Of a stretch of DNA of 64,000 nucleotides, positions 35,040-46,062 are shown one piece after another; within the stretch, counting starts at the first letter, position 1; each line of letters begins with the position of its first letter. The notes under the pieces are model-generated. The model did no database searches. It was not told where the DNA came from and worked only from the letters and a program-made list of their open reading frames with translations. The stretch comes from Henriciella sp. (GTDB lineage Bacteria > Pseudomonadota > Alphaproteobacteria > Caulobacterales > Hyphomonadaceae). A program made the position numbers and the translations under genes. Location of the stretch: NCBI RefSeq assembly GCF_012960415.1, contig NZ_DUBH01000043.1, positions 513 through 64,512 on the forward strand, given 5' to 3'.

Positions 35040-35291
35040 ATGCGCCTCATCCCCACTGGGCACGCCCTATCCATTTTTCTCGCCATCACGTTTACGCTCT
35101 GTATCGCATGGGGGTTGGTCGCACCGCCTAGTCTCCACATGCACGGTGCGTGGGAACAGCTCCTACCCGGATTTGAATTCATTTCGGTTTCAAGCTTCTT
35201 CCTCGGCCTCATCGAGTCCTACGTTTACGGCTGGTATATCGCGCTTGTCTTCGTACCGCTCTACCGACTGTTCAATCGCCAAAAAGCCTAA
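35040..35291 (+). CDS. Small two-TM membrane protein upstream of the Cu ATPase (possibly DUF5676-like)
   Basis: 83 aa: MRLIPTGHALSIFLAITFTLCIAWGL...HMHGAWEQLLPGF...GLIESYVYGWYIALVFVPLY. AAGGA lies upstream of ATG 35040. The family name is from memory and unverified. Confidence 0.5.
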   Translation: MRLIPTGHALSIFLAITFTLCIAWGLVAPPSLHMHGAWEQLLPGFEFISVSSFFLGLIESYVYGWYIALVFVPLYRLFNRQKA

Positions 35292-35377
35292 TGCCAGAAC
35301 TCCATTAGAGATCAGCCGCCCAACCCGGGCGCTGACCTTTAAGAGTGACACTGAAGCCAAACCCCGGAGGGGCGGAT

Positions 35378-37636
35378 ATGACCAATACCGATCATAAACA
35401 TCACGACCATGGACATCATGATCACCACCACGGGGATGATCATGATTGTTGCCATGGTGGCGGAGACGCCGATGCCGGCGCGGACGGCAAATATGATCTC
35501 GTCCCGCAGGGCTACACAGGCACGGTCTATACATGCCCGATGCATCCAAACGTTCGCGACGTCCGAAACTCCGGGTGCCCTATCTGCGGCATGGCGCTGG
35601 AGCCAGAAGGTGTTGTCGTAGGCGAAGAAGACACTTCAGAACTCGACGATATGACCCGTAGATTCTGGATCAGCGCCATCTTCACCATCCCGCTTGCCAT
35701 TTACGCCATGGGTGACCTGATCTCCGGCAAACCCCTCGAAGGGCTTTTGCCCGCCGGTTGGTCCCAATGGGCTCAATTCGTGCTGGCGGCTCCTGTCGTC
35801 CTCTGGGGCGGATGGCCATTCTTCGTCCGTGGTGTTCGGTCGGTACGGACGATGAACCTCAACATGTTCACCCTTATCTCTCTCGGCGTAGGCGTTGCTT
35901 TTGTCTTCTCGCTTGTTGCAACAGCTTTGCCAGGCATCTTTCCGCACGCATTTCGCAATGAGGCTGGCGAAGTCGCTGTATATTATGAAGCGGCCGCGGT
36001 GATCACGACGCTCGTATTGCTCGGGCAGGTTCTTGAGCTGCGAGCCCGAAGCGCAACATCGGGAGCAATCCGCGCGCTCCTGGAACTCACCCCGCCGACA
36101 GCAAACCGAATCGTGGCGGACGGACAGGAAGAAGAGGTTTCCGTCGACGATGTCCAGAGCGGTGACCGGCTACGGGTCCGGCCAGGCGAAAAAGTACCTG
36201 TCGACGGCGAAGTTGTTGAAGGGCGTTCGAATGTCGACGAGTCCATGATCACTGGAGAACCTATTCCAGTCGAGAAAGCAGCAGGGGATCCGATTACCGG
36301 CGGTACAGTTAACGGCACCGGATCACTCGTCATGGCCGCGACGCGCGTCGGCGAAGATACAATGCTATCGCAAATCGTACGCATGGTCGCCGAAGCTCAG
36401 CGCTCACGCGCGCCCATCCAGAAGCTCGCCGACACAGTGGCCGGCCTGTTTGTCCCGGCCGTCGTCGTGATCGCGATTATCACTTTCATCGTCTGGGCGA
36501 TTTTTGGGCCTCACCCGGCCATGGCTTTTGCGATCGTCAACGCCGTGGCTGTGTTAATTATTGCGTGTCCCTGCGCGCTTGGCCTTGCAACGCCGATGTC
36601 AATTATGGTCGCCACAGGAAAGGGCGCACAGAGCGGCATTCTGATCAAAAATGCTGAAGCGCTCGAGACGTTTGAAAAAGTCGACACGATCGTCGTCGAT
36701 AAGACCGGCACTTTGACAGAGGGCCACCCCAAACTTGTGACAGTCGAGCCTGCGAGTGGTCTCGCAGAAGCAGACTTCCTGGCTTACGCTGCCGCGATTG
36801 AACGCGGGAGCGAGCACCCTCTTGCGCAAGCCATCGTCAACGGGGCCGAAGAGCGCGGCGCAGCGCGCCTGGAGTCGACCGATTTTGAATCAGTCACCGG
36901 AGAAGGCGCGCAGGGCCGGGTCGATGGAAAGCTTTTCGCCATCGGCAACGCCAAGATGATGCGCCGGGTCGGTGCTTTTGACGAAACACTGAAAGCCCAT
37001 GCTGAAACCTATCGCCGCGACGGCCAGACGGTGATGTTCGCCGCTCTGGACGGCAAACCGGCGGGCCTGATTGGGGTCGCCGATCCAATCAAAGAAACGA
37101 CCCCTGAAGCCATAGCCGCCTTGCACAAGGCGGGCATGAAAGTCGTCATGCTGACGGGCGACAGCCTGGCAACAGCGCAAGCGGTTGCACGCCAAATTGG
37201 CATTGATGAGGTGGAGGCCGATGTGTCACCAGAAGACAAAAACCGGATCGTGCGCGAACTCCAATCGAAAGGTGCGGTCGTCGCCATGTGCGGCGACGGC
37301 ATCAATGACGCGCCTGCCCTTGCTCAAGCGGATATCGGAATAGCCATGGGAACCGGTACAGATGTGGCCATGGAGAGCGCCAGTGTCACCCTGGTCAAAG
37401 GCGATCTTCGCGGTGTCGCCCGCGCGCAGCGGCTGAGCCGCGCGACGATGGGCAATATTCGCGAAAACCTGTTCTTTGCCTTTATCTATAATTCGCTCGG
37501 CGTGCCGGTTGCTGCCGGCATCCTCTATCCGTTCTTTGGGCTCCTTCTCAGTCCAATCATCGCCGCCGCCGCGATGAGCCTCAGTTCATTCTCAGTCATT
37601 GCGAATGCGCTGCGACTTCGCTCCGTCAAACTATAA
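35378..37636 (+). CDS. Heavy-metal (Cu+) translocating P1B-type ATPase
   Basis: His-rich N-terminus [29 protein letters not shown]...CPICGM zinc-ribbon-like metal-binding domain. TGE. CPC (36566-36574). DKTGTLT (Asp 36698-36700). [18 protein letters not shown] precedes ATG 35378. Confidence 0.92.
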   Translation: MTNTDHKHHDHGHHDHHHGDDHDCCHGGGDADAGADGKYDLVPQGYTGTVYTCPMHPNVRDVRNSGCPICGMALEPEGVVVGEEDTSELDDMTRRFWISAIFTIPLAIYAMGDLISGKPLEGLLPAGWSQWAQFVLAAPVVLWGGWPFFVRGVRSVRTMNLNMFTLISLGVGVAFVFSLVATALPGIFPHAFRNEAGEVAVYYEAAAVITTLVLLGQVLELRARSATSGAIRALLELTPPTANRIVADGQEEEVSVDDVQSGDRLRVRPGEKVPVDGEVVEGRSNVDESMITGEPIPVEKAAGDPITGGTVNGTGSLVMAATRVGEDTMLSQIVRMVAEAQRSRAPIQKLADTVAGLFVPAVVVIAIITFIVWAIFGPHPAMAFAIVNAVAVLIIACPCALGLATPMSIMVATGKGAQSGILIKNAEALETFEKVDTIVVDKTGTLTEGHPKLVTVEPASGLAEADFLAYAAAIERGSEHPLAQAIVNGAEERGAARLESTDFESVTGEGAQGRVDGKLFAIGNAKMMRRVGAFDETLKAHAETYRRDGQTVMFAALDGKPAGLIGVADPIKETTPEAIAALHKAGMKVVMLTGDSLATAQAVARQIGIDEVEADVSPEDKNRIVRELQSKGAVVAMCGDGINDAPALAQADIGIAMGTGTDVAMESASVTLVKGDLRGVARAQRLSRATMGNIRENLFFAFIYNSLGVPVAAGILYPFFGLLLSPIIAAAAMSLSSFSVIANALRLRSVKL

Positions 37637-37653
37637 TTTCGAAGGAAACACTT

Positions 37654-38151
37654 ATGTCAAAATGGATTCTTGGTGCCTTGGCCGCCGCCCTTTTTGCGCT
37701 TGCCGCTGGGTTTTTCGTCTCGGGCGGTTTGGCGAGCCCCGCAAATGCGCAAACCATTACCGTCTATAAAACACCCTGGTGTGGATGCTGTACGGCCTGG
37801 ATAAAACACCTTCAGCGCGATGGTCTTGAAGTACGTGTTATCGAACGCGAAGACCTTGCACCTGTGCGGGCCTCGCTGAACGTGCCCGATGAACTTGCCT
37901 CCTGCCACACCGCGTCGGTTGATGGCTACGCGATTGAGGGCCATGTCCCAGCCTCGGAAATTCGTAAGCTTCTTGAAACCCGGCCAGATGCGGCGGGGCT
38001 TTCGGTGCCCGGCATGCCAATGGGCTCTCCCGGAATGGAAACCACAAGCCCGCCTGACGCCTATGATGTCATTCTGTTCAGTGCGGAGCAGCAAAGCGTA
38101 TTCGCGAGCTATGTCGGCCGCTTCCCGGCTGAACAGGCGGTTGGGCAATGA
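37654..38151 (+). CDS. DUF411 (CopG-like) periplasmic metal-binding protein
   Basis: Signal peptide followed by VYKTPWCGCCTAWIKHL...CHTASVDGYAIEGHVP...GMPMGSPGME, the DUF411 signature. Confidence 0.8.
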   Translation: MSKWILGALAAALFALAAGFFVSGGLASPANAQTITVYKTPWCGCCTAWIKHLQRDGLEVRVIEREDLAPVRASLNVPDELASCHTASVDGYAIEGHVPASEIRKLLETRPDAAGLSVPGMPMGSPGMETTSPPDAYDVILFSAEQQSVFASYVGRFPAEQAVGQ

Positions 38152-39479
38152 AATCCGAAATCTATAAAAAAGGCTCGCTAAGTCTCGCAGGAACCATTGC
38201 GATGGGCACCGGTGTCATGATTGGCGCCGGGATCTTCGCACTGACCGGGCAAGTCGCGCAATTCTCAGGACCGGCGTTTCCGCTCGCCTTTTTGCTTGCG
38301 GCCGTGGTCAGCGGGTTCAGCGCCTACACCTACATCAAAATGTCGAACAAATATCCGTCGGCCGGCGGCATCGCGATGATCCTTCAAAAAGCCTATGGGC
38401 CAACGACAATTGCCGCCGCCAGCGCGCTGCTCATGACTATGTCGATGATCATCAATGAGAGCCTCGTCGCTCGCACATTCGGCGCCTACACATTGCAACT
38501 CTTTGATGTTTCGAAAGACAGTATTCTGGTACCAGTTCTAGCCGTCGGATTGATCGTTTTTGCGTTTGTAATCAACATATCCGGAAACAAAATCATTGGC
38601 GGCGTATCCAAAGTTGCTGCGGTCCTGAAAGTTGGCGGCATTCTGATCTTTGCTGGCGCGGCGCTCTGGGCGTCCGGCCTTTCTTTTGAAGCAGCCTCCT
38701 CGGCCACAACAAATGAGACTGGACCTGGGGGATTCCTCGCCGGCGTCGCCCTCGCCATTCTTGCTTTTAAAGGGTTCACCACGATCACCAATAGCGGCGA
38801 TGAGGTGAAAAACCCCAATAAGAATGTCGGCCGCGCGATCATCTGGTCGCTGGCGATCTGCCTTGTTGTCTACATGGCTGTCGCTCTAGCGGTTGGGTCC
38901 TCACTGACACTTGAAGAAATTGTCGCAGCCAAGGATTTCTCGCTCGCAGAAGCCTCGCGCCCGGCCTTTGGTGATTTTGGCGTGGCGTTTACCGTGATCA
39001 TCGCAATCATTGCCACCGCGTCGGGACTACTCGCCAGTGTCTTCGCGGTTTCGCGCATGCTCGCCATGCTGACGAATATGAACCTGATCCCCCACAAGCA
39101 TTTTGGCATGCCCGGCGGCATCCAGAAACACACGCTTGTCTATACTGTTGTTTTGGCTGCCTTCCTGGCCGCTTTCTTCGATCTTGGGCGGATCGCTTCA
39201 CTCGGCGCGATTTATTATCTCGTAATGGATATTATTATCCACTACGGCGTGCTGCGCTATTTACGCGAAGATGTCGGCGCCCGCGCCTCTATTCTAGTCG
39301 CCGCCATATTATTCGACCTGATTGCCCTTGGCGCCTTCCTGTTCATCAAAGCGACCGCAGACCCGATGATCGTCATCATCGCGATTGGGTCAATGGCTGC
39401 AATCTTTGCTTTCGAAGCGCTCTATCTCGGCCGGATCCGCGACAAGGAGGCGCCCGATCATGCGCACTCTCACTCATGA
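38148..39479 (+). CDS. APC-superfamily amino acid permease
   Basis: 443 aa with about 12 TM segments. The N-terminal GTGVMIGAGIFALTGQVA is typical of APC transporters. ATGA overlap with the DUF411 gene. Confidence 0.75.
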   Translation: MKSEIYKKGSLSLAGTIAMGTGVMIGAGIFALTGQVAQFSGPAFPLAFLLAAVVSGFSAYTYIKMSNKYPSAGGIAMILQKAYGPTTIAAASALLMTMSMIINESLVARTFGAYTLQLFDVSKDSILVPVLAVGLIVFAFVINISGNKIIGGVSKVAAVLKVGGILIFAGAALWASGLSFEAASSATTNETGPGGFLAGVALAILAFKGFTTITNSGDEVKNPNKNVGRAIIWSLAICLVVYMAVALAVGSSLTLEEIVAAKDFSLAEASRPAFGDFGVAFTVIIAIIATASGLLASVFAVSRMLAMLTNMNLIPHKHFGMPGGIQKHTLVYTVVLAAFLAAFFDLGRIASLGAIYYLVMDIIIHYGVLRYLREDVGARASILVAAILFDLIALGAFLFIKATADPMIVIIAIGSMAAIFAFEALYLGRIRDKEAPDHAHSHS

Positions 39480-39632
39480 TGTAACTGGTCCGCCGAGGGT
39501 AAACCTGATCGAGTTCTGCGAGCGAGCGGTGAGCAGGACTGGGATCCTTATTGGTTTAAAAGCGATGGCGCACCCTATCGCGGGGCGTATGAGAATGGTT
39601 TCGCGGCCCCGGCACACCGCGAGGTTCGCGCC

Positions 39633-40061
39633 ATGATCCTGGCGATTGTCATCTCCGCAGTCACCTTCGTGCTATCCGGCGCGCTTCACTATGCGATTGT
39701 CTCAGGCGCAATCCGCCACCTCGGAGCTGCGAGCTATCATCGCGGCCGCAAACTTGTCACTGCGCTTTGCGTCTCGGGGATTGCGCATCTCGCGGCGGCC
39801 AGTCTTTACGCCCTCGCTTATGGCCTGGGCCGCGCCCTAGAGATAGGTGATCTAAGCGGTGATACGCCGACGACAGCCATGGACGTCTTTTACTTTTCGC
39901 TCGTCAGTTACACCTCACTCGGTCTTGGCGACATTGTTCCAACCGGCCATTTGCGCTTCGTCGCCGGTGTCGAGGCGCTGAATGGTTTTCTGCTCATCAG
40001 TTGCTCGGCGGCGATGCTGTTTCTGTTCATGACGGAGCAGAGCGAGGAACGCAGGCAATGA
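39633..40061 (+). CDS. Small two-TM potassium-channel-like protein (Ion_trans_2)
   Basis: 142 aa. The pore helix plus filter-like FYFSLVSYTSLGLGDIVP is followed by an inner helix. Confidence 0.6.
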   Translation: MILAIVISAVTFVLSGALHYAIVSGAIRHLGAASYHRGRKLVTALCVSGIAHLAAASLYALAYGLGRALEIGDLSGDTPTTAMDVFYFSLVSYTSLGLGDIVPTGHLRFVAGVEALNGFLLISCSAAMLFLFMTEQSEERRQ

Positions 40062-40157
40062 GCCCCCCACACACGCTTCAATACAGTTGCACCTGAAATG
40101 TTTGGCGCGCGCCTGCGCCTATCAGGGAAAGAACTCGGGCACGCGTATTATTGAGGA

Positions 40158-41171
40158 ATGGGGGCACAAGTGACCAATCTGGTAAAACGCTATGGTCTGA
40201 TCGGCATCGCCATCGTCTTCCTCGCTGCCGCGATTGTCGGCTGGACACAGCTACGCAACCCCCATGAAGAGCGCGGCCATATCGAAGTGTTCGGTAATGT
40301 CGATGTGCGCCAGGTCAATCTGGGTTTCAAAGTTCCCGGGCGCCTCGCCGAAATGATGGTCGATGAAGGCGACAAGGTCGCTGCAGGCGCAGTTGTCGCA
40401 AAACTCGAGCCGGTTGACTATGAAAATGAAGTGAAACTCGCGCAAGCGCGGGTCGCACGGTCTCAAGCTGCGCTCAGCGTTCTGCTCGCCGGCTCCAGGC
40501 CCCAGGAAATCGCCCAAGCTGAAGCGCAGCTCGCCGCAGCAGAAGCGGCTCTGACCGTCGCTGAAACCACCCTGTCGCGACAGGAGTTTCTTGCCGAGCG
40601 AGATATCGCCTCACACCAGGCACATGAGGAAGCCGAAGCGCGGCATGGCGCGGCCATTGCGCAGCGTGACGCCGCCGCAAAAAGCTTGGAGTTGGCGCGC
40701 ATTGGACCGCGCTCTGAGGATATCGATCAGGCGCGTTCGGTGCTGGCCGCCGAACAAGCCGCTCGCGCCCTGGCTGAGCAACGCGTCGCCGATACGATGC
40801 TGACCGCCCCAAATGAAGGCATCATTTTGACACGTGTTCGCGAGCCGGGCGCAATCATCGGCGCAGGGGAAACCATTTATACCTTAACCTTGACCTCGCC
40901 GGTCTGGGTGCGCGCCTATATTGAAGAGCCAGATCTTGATTTCATCCAGGCCGGTATGGACGCTGAGGTGCGCACCGACTCCGGACGCGTCTACACAGGC
41001 CAAATCGGGTTCATCTCGCCGGTCGCCGAGTTCACGCCAAAGACGGTCGAAACCCGGTCATTGCGAACCAGCCTTGTCTACCGCGTGCGCATCATCGTTG
41101 AAGATCCAGAACACCGCCTGAAACAGGGCATGCCGGTTACAGTCATGCTCAGCCCCGACCGGGATGTTTGA
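40158..41171 (+). CDS. HlyD-family membrane fusion protein (YbhG-like)
   Basis: N-terminal TM segment, coiled-coil Ala/Gln/Glu-rich hairpin, and C-terminal beta domain (GMPVTVML). First gene of a four-gene exporter operon. Confidence 0.8.
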   Translation: MGAQVTNLVKRYGLIGIAIVFLAAAIVGWTQLRNPHEERGHIEVFGNVDVRQVNLGFKVPGRLAEMMVDEGDKVAAGAVVAKLEPVDYENEVKLAQARVARSQAALSVLLAGSRPQEIAQAEAQLAAAEAALTVAETTLSRQEFLAERDIASHQAHEEAEARHGAAIAQRDAAAKSLELARIGPRSEDIDQARSVLAAEQAARALAEQRVADTMLTAPNEGIILTRVREPGAIIGAGETIYTLTLTSPVWVRAYIEEPDLDFIQAGMDAEVRTDSGRVYTGQIGFISPVAEFTPKTVETRSLRTSLVYRVRIIVEDPEHRLKQGMPVTVMLSPDRDV

Positions 41172-42907
41172 GCGTGCCGGGCCCGCTGATCCAGATAGAT
41201 CAACTCAGCAAGCGCTTTGATAAGGGCGCCCTTGCGGCGCTCGATTCTGTTACGGCCCATTTCAATGCAGGGGAAGTCACTGGTCTGGTTGGTCCCGATG
41301 GGGCTGGAAAAACCACATTGCTGCGTCTGATCGCAGGCTTACTGGTTCCCTCAACAGGTAAGATCACTGTCAACGGTCTGGATCCTGTCACGGATAGCGG
41401 AGCGGTTCACCGGATTGTGTCCTATATGCCCCAGCGGTTTGGGCTCTACGAAGATCTGAGCGTCCAGGAAAACCTGACGCTGTACGCTGATCTGCGGTCA
41501 GTTCTAGGGTCAGACCGCGAAGAGGCCTTCGAGCGGCTTTTGGGATTTACAGGCCTCGCACCTTTTACGAACCGGCTGGCTGGAGCGCTTTCCGGCGGTA
41601 TGAAGCAAAAGCTTGGCCTTGCCTGCGCCCTCATCAAGAAACCCGACTTGCTGTTGCTTGACGAACCAAGCGTTGGCGTCGATCCGATCTCCCGGCGAGA
41701 GCTTTGGCGCATGGTCTATGAACTGGTCGATCAGGGGATTGGCGTCGTCTGGAGCACGGCCTATTTAGATGAAGCTGAACAATGCGCCCGCGTGCTGCTC
41801 CTGAATGAAGGCGCCTTGCTTTATGCAGGCTCGCCGCAAGACCTCACAGACCGGGTCGCCGGTCGCACCTACCAGATCCGGCATATCGACACCGATCGCC
41901 GCGAAGTCCTAAGCGAAGCAACAAAGCTGGCAACCGTGATTGACGGCGTTATCCAGGGAAGCCGCGTGCGTCTGGTCATGGCCGAAGGTGCCGATCCGCC
42001 AAATCTCGCGCCGCTGAACGCGGGCCTAGCAGCTGAAATCTCGCAAATCCAGCCGCGGTTTGAAGATGCCTTCATGGATCTGATCGGCGGTGGATTTCGC
42101 GCGACCTCACCTTTTGCCAATCGAGAGGATAGCGCCGAACATACTATGAATCAGGTGGTCGAGGCGCGTGCGCTAACGCGGCGGTTCGGGGATTTCACAG
42201 CTGCTGATAATATCAGCTTCGAAGTGGGGCGCGGTGAAATCTTTGGCCTGATTGGACCCAATGGCGCTGGCAAGTCGACCACGTTCAAAATGCTGTGCGG
42301 TTTGCTCCAGCCGAGCGAGGGCTCGGCCCGTGTGGTTGGCCTTGATTTGCAAAACGCCCCAAGCAAGGCGCGCGGCCGGATCGGCTATATGGCTCAAAAA
42401 TTCTCGCTCTATGGCGATCTTAGCGTTCAGCAGAACCTCGATTTTTTTGCTGGTGTTTATGGCCTGACAGGCAAATCCCGCAAAGACGCCATCTCTCAAA
42501 TGATTGAGACGTTCGGGTTTGCTGACAGGCTGGATGTCAACGCCATGGGGCTGCCGCTTGGCTATAAACAACGCCTGGCGCTCGCCTGCGCGGTTATGCA
42601 CGAACCGGATGTCCTTTTCCTTGATGAGCCGACATCCGGTGTTGATCCACGCACCCGGCGAGAGTTCTGGACCCATATCAATGCGATGGTCGCCAATGGC
42701 GTCACGATCATGGTGACAACGCACTTCCTGGATGAGGCGGAATATTGCGATCGGATGGCGCTTATTTATCGCAGCAAGATGATCGCCAGTGGCTCACCTG
42801 ATGAGTTGAAAGACCGCGCCCGCGCAAGCGGCATGATGGACCCAACGCTTGAGGACGCGTTCATTGCGCTGGTTGAGCAGAGTGATCGAGAGCGCGAGGC
42901 GGGATGA
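41168..42907 (+). CDS. ABC transporter ATP-binding protein with two fused ATPase domains (YbhF-like)
   Basis: Two Walker A sites (GPDGAGKTT, GPNGAGKST), two signatures (LSGGMKQKL, LPLGYKQRL) and two Walker B sites (LLLLDEP, VLFLDEP). Confidence 0.9.
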   Translation: MSVPGPLIQIDQLSKRFDKGALAALDSVTAHFNAGEVTGLVGPDGAGKTTLLRLIAGLLVPSTGKITVNGLDPVTDSGAVHRIVSYMPQRFGLYEDLSVQENLTLYADLRSVLGSDREEAFERLLGFTGLAPFTNRLAGALSGGMKQKLGLACALIKKPDLLLLDEPSVGVDPISRRELWRMVYELVDQGIGVVWSTAYLDEAEQCARVLLLNEGALLYAGSPQDLTDRVAGRTYQIRHIDTDRREVLSEATKLATVIDGVIQGSRVRLVMAEGADPPNLAPLNAGLAAEISQIQPRFEDAFMDLIGGGFRATSPFANREDSAEHTMNQVVEARALTRRFGDFTAADNISFEVGRGEIFGLIGPNGAGKSTTFKMLCGLLQPSEGSARVVGLDLQNAPSKARGRIGYMAQKFSLYGDLSVQQNLDFFAGVYGLTGKSRKDAISQMIETFGFADRLDVNAMGLPLGYKQRLALACAVMHEPDVLFLDEPTSGVDPRTRREFWTHINAMVANGVTIMVTTHFLDEAEYCDRMALIYRSKMIASGSPDELKDRARASGMMDPTLEDAFIALVEQSDREREAG

Positions 42908-44046
42908 AGGACCGCGAACCCCTTGCGCTGCGGTGGCGACGTCTGACCGGCCTGATCGTAAAGGAGTCGCGCCAGGTTCTGCGCGACCCGAGTTCCGTCT
43001 TGATCGCGGGCGTGATGCCGCTCTTGCTTCTCTTCCTGTTCGGCTATGGCGTAACCTTTGATCCACGCCAACTTGATGTCGCATTGGTGGTTGAGCAGCA
43101 GTCATCGGAAACTGCGAGCTTCCAAGCCTCGCTTGAAAACTCAACCCTGTTCGAGGTCGAAACGGGCCCGGATCGTCGCCTGTTCGAGCGCGCGCTGACA
43201 CTTGGCGAATTGGATGGGTTAATCGTACTGCAAGCTGATTTCGCGGAGAAAGCGTTTCGGGCCGAAGGCGCGCCTATTCAGGTTATCGTGGACGGCGGTG
43301 ATCCGAACACGGCATATCTGGTCAGTGGTTATGTCGAGCTCCTATGGGCCAACTGGCTGGAACAGGAATGGATCAGCCGTGGACGACCGGCCCTGGCGCC
43401 AAGTGTGCAGCTGGAACCGCAAGTCTGGTTCAATCCGGAGATTTCGAGCCGAAACTATCTCGTGCCAGGATCGATTGCGATCATTCTGACAACGATTGGC
43501 GCGCTCCTCACCGCCCTGGTCGTCGCACGCGAATGGGAGCGTGGCACGATGGAGGCATTGCTCGCGACGCCGGTTGGTATCTTGGAGCTGCTGATTGGCA
43601 AACTGGTGCCATACTTCCTGCTCGGGCTGGGCTCCATGGCGCTCGCGGTCATCACAGCCGTGCTTTTGTTCGGCGTGCCGTTTCGGGGTTCGCTCGCCGT
43701 GCTCATTCTGTCCTCATCGCTCTTCATGCTGTGCTCGCTCGGTCAGGGCCTTCTGATCTCTACCTTGACCCGCAACCAACTGGTCGCCGCGCAAACCTCA
43801 GTTTTAACCGCCTTCCTACCGGCTTTCTATTTTTCGAACTTCGTATTCGAAATTGACAGTATGCCGCTCGCATTGCGCCTGATCAGCTATGGCGTCCCCG
43901 CCCGATACTATGTCTCGACCTTGCAAACTGAGTTTCTCGCAGGCGACGTCTGGAGCGTTATCGTTCCGGATCTGATTGGGCTCGGCGTGTTTGCGCTCAT
44001 CATCTTCGCTCTCACGGCGCTGACCACGCGCACGCGTCTGGAATAG
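42904..44046 (+). CDS. ABC-2 type permease (YbhS-like)
   Basis: 380 aa with one N-terminal TM segment, a large loop and five C-terminal TM segments. 4-nt overlap with the ATPase gene. Confidence 0.8.
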   Translation: MKDREPLALRWRRLTGLIVKESRQVLRDPSSVLIAGVMPLLLLFLFGYGVTFDPRQLDVALVVEQQSSETASFQASLENSTLFEVETGPDRRLFERALTLGELDGLIVLQADFAEKAFRAEGAPIQVIVDGGDPNTAYLVSGYVELLWANWLEQEWISRGRPALAPSVQLEPQVWFNPEISSRNYLVPGSIAIILTTIGALLTALVVAREWERGTMEALLATPVGILELLIGKLVPYFLLGLGSMALAVITAVLLFGVPFRGSLAVLILSSSLFMLCSLGQGLLISTLTRNQLVAAQTSVLTAFLPAFYFSNFVFEIDSMPLALRLISYGVPARYYVSTLQTEFLAGDVWSVIVPDLIGLGVFALIIFALTALTTRTRLE

Positions 44047-44050
44047 CGGC

Positions 44051-45157
44051 ATGTTTCAACGCATCTGGTCTCTCATTATCAAGGAGCTTCTCGCCAGCGC
44101 CCGCGACCCGCAAACTCGCTGGGTCGTGCTGTTTTCGCCGCCTTTCCTTCTGGTGATTTACGCCTTCGCCATCACCCAGGAAATCTCCAGCGTCACGCTC
44201 GGCGTGTACACCCAGGATCGCGGCGTCGAGGCGCGAGAACTGATCAGCAGATTCGAGGGTTCACCGACGTTTGAAGAAATTCTCTATCTGCGTCGCGACG
44301 CCGATATCGCCGCGGCAATTGATTCTCGTTCGGTCGATTTGGTCTTGAGGATCGGTCCGGACTTTTCCCGGCAATTGGAGCGCGGTGAACCAGCGAACGT
44401 ACAGCTCATTCTGGATGGCCGCGCCTCCAACGCCGCCCAAATCCTTGCAGGTTATTCTGGGCGGATCGTCCAGGATTTCAACGAAGATCAAGCGACCGCG
44501 CTCGGTGTGCCGACCCTCACCAAGGTCGTGACCCGTGTTTGGTACAATCCAAATCTCGATCCGCTTTGGTCAGCCGTACCAGCGCTGTTTGCCGTCCTGA
44601 CCGCGATTGTCGGGTTCATGGTCTCGGCCCTGTCCATCGCACGCGAGCGCGAACTTGGTACATTCGAGCAGCTGCTTGTGTCGCCGCTCAGGCCAACAGA
44701 GATTCTGATCGGCAAGGCGGTGCCGGCTCTGATGATCGCCCTGGCAAGCGCGACAGCAATGCTGATCCTTGGCTGGCTGGTTCTGGATGTTCCCCTGCGC
44801 GGGTCTCTGCTTCTGCTTTATGCCAGTATGATCATCTATCTCGCCGCGATCATCGGGATTGGTCTGTTTATCTCTTCGCTCGCAGCAACACAGCAACAGG
44901 CGATCATCGGTCTTTTCATCTACATGATGCCAGCTGTCCTATTGTCAGGGTATGCAACCCCGGTCGCCAATATGCCCGATTGGCTCCAAGCTTTGAACGA
45001 GTCCAATCCGATCATGCATTTCATCGTGATCAGCAAGGCCGTCTATATGAAGGACGCGCCAGCTGAACTCTTCTTCCACCATACCTGGCCCATGGCGGTT
45101 ATCGCTGTCGTGACCCTTACCGCAGGCGCCTGGCTGTTTCGCAGGCGCGTGTCCTGA
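44051..45157 (+). CDS. ABC-2 type permease (YbhR-like)
   Basis: 368 aa with the same topology as the preceding permease, to which it is paralogous. Confidence 0.8.
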   Translation: MFQRIWSLIIKELLASARDPQTRWVVLFSPPFLLVIYAFAITQEISSVTLGVYTQDRGVEARELISRFEGSPTFEEILYLRRDADIAAAIDSRSVDLVLRIGPDFSRQLERGEPANVQLILDGRASNAAQILAGYSGRIVQDFNEDQATALGVPTLTKVVTRVWYNPNLDPLWSAVPALFAVLTAIVGFMVSALSIARERELGTFEQLLVSPLRPTEILIGKAVPALMIALASATAMLILGWLVLDVPLRGSLLLLYASMIIYLAAIIGIGLFISSLAATQQQAIIGLFIYMMPAVLLSGYATPVANMPDWLQALNESNPIMHFIVISKAVYMKDAPAELFFHHTWPMAVIAVVTLTAGAWLFRRRVS

Positions 45158-45189
45158 CCCAAAATTAAGCAATCAAGAGGACCAAAAAT

Positions 45190-45879
45190 ATGTGCCTATC
45201 AGCAGAAGTCAGTTTCATCGCCGCCGCAGGGCTTATCCCGGCAGGCGCGCTTAGCATGCGCCAGGCCTGGCGGGGCGACCGGCGTTATTTGCCACTGGCA
45301 ACCCTGCCACTCCTGTTCGGACTGCAACAGCTTGCTGAAGGCGTTGTCTGGGTTGCCGGCGCCGGCCAGAATACCGAGCTCATTGCCACCGCTTCACTCA
45401 GTTATATGTTCTTTTCCTGGCTCGCATGGCCTGTCTGGATCCCGGTCTCGACTTTCGCCTTGGAGCCGGCGAAGCGAAAGCCCTACTTCCTCATATTCGT
45501 GATTGTCGGCGCGATGCTCGGCGCCTTGCAATATGTGCCTTACTTCGCGCATGCGGATTGGCTCAACACGCGCTTCCTCTCGCACGTGATCATCTATGAA
45601 GGTACTGAGCTGCTGGACTTTGTCGGACGCCGAGAGATTACCTATGCGATCTATGTGTCAGTTGTGATCCTGCCACTTTTACTATCATCGGTACGCGGCG
45701 TGCGTATCTTCGGTTTTCTCGCGTTTGGCGTTCTCATCACAACCTATACGTTCTTCGCATACGCCTATGTTTCGGTCTTCTGTTTCGGCGGGGCGGTCAT
45801 GTCATCCTATCTGGTCTGGATGATGTACCGGGGTGACGGTTCGAAACACGGCACACGACCTCAAACAACACCTGCGTGA
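45190..45879 (+). CDS. Hypothetical multi-pass membrane protein
   Basis: 229 aa with about 7 hydrophobic segments. I recognised no motif. Coding potential is inferred from length, position and hydrophobic periodicity. Confidence 0.5.
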   Translation: MCLSAEVSFIAAAGLIPAGALSMRQAWRGDRRYLPLATLPLLFGLQQLAEGVVWVAGAGQNTELIATASLSYMFFSWLAWPVWIPVSTFALEPAKRKPYFLIFVIVGAMLGALQYVPYFAHADWLNTRFLSHVIIYEGTELLDFVGRREITYAIYVSVVILPLLLSSVRGVRIFGFLAFGVLITTYTFFAYAYVSVFCFGGAVMSSYLVWMMYRGDGSKHGTRPQTTPA

Positions 45880-46062
45880 GCCAGAAGTGATGGCACTCGA
45901 CCCATTCGCCATTGCCGGCATTGACACCGCCCGCCTGACACGCGTGAGCAGTCGTTTCGAGCCGCGTTTGGCGTCCGCAGTGTCGGCCCGTGTCGCAAAA
46001 TGCAGGAAATAGGTGCATCGCTTTTTTAGAGTGGGTGAAGACCGGCGCCTTCTGAGCCCCCC

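Noticed and set aside
40077-40089. The 13-nt identity TTCAATACAGTTG is shared between the hlyD upstream region and the arc control region.
   Set aside because: On its own it is not significant: tens of chance 13-mer coincidences are expected in 64 kb on both strands. It is mentioned only as a secondary note under the arc repeat finding.
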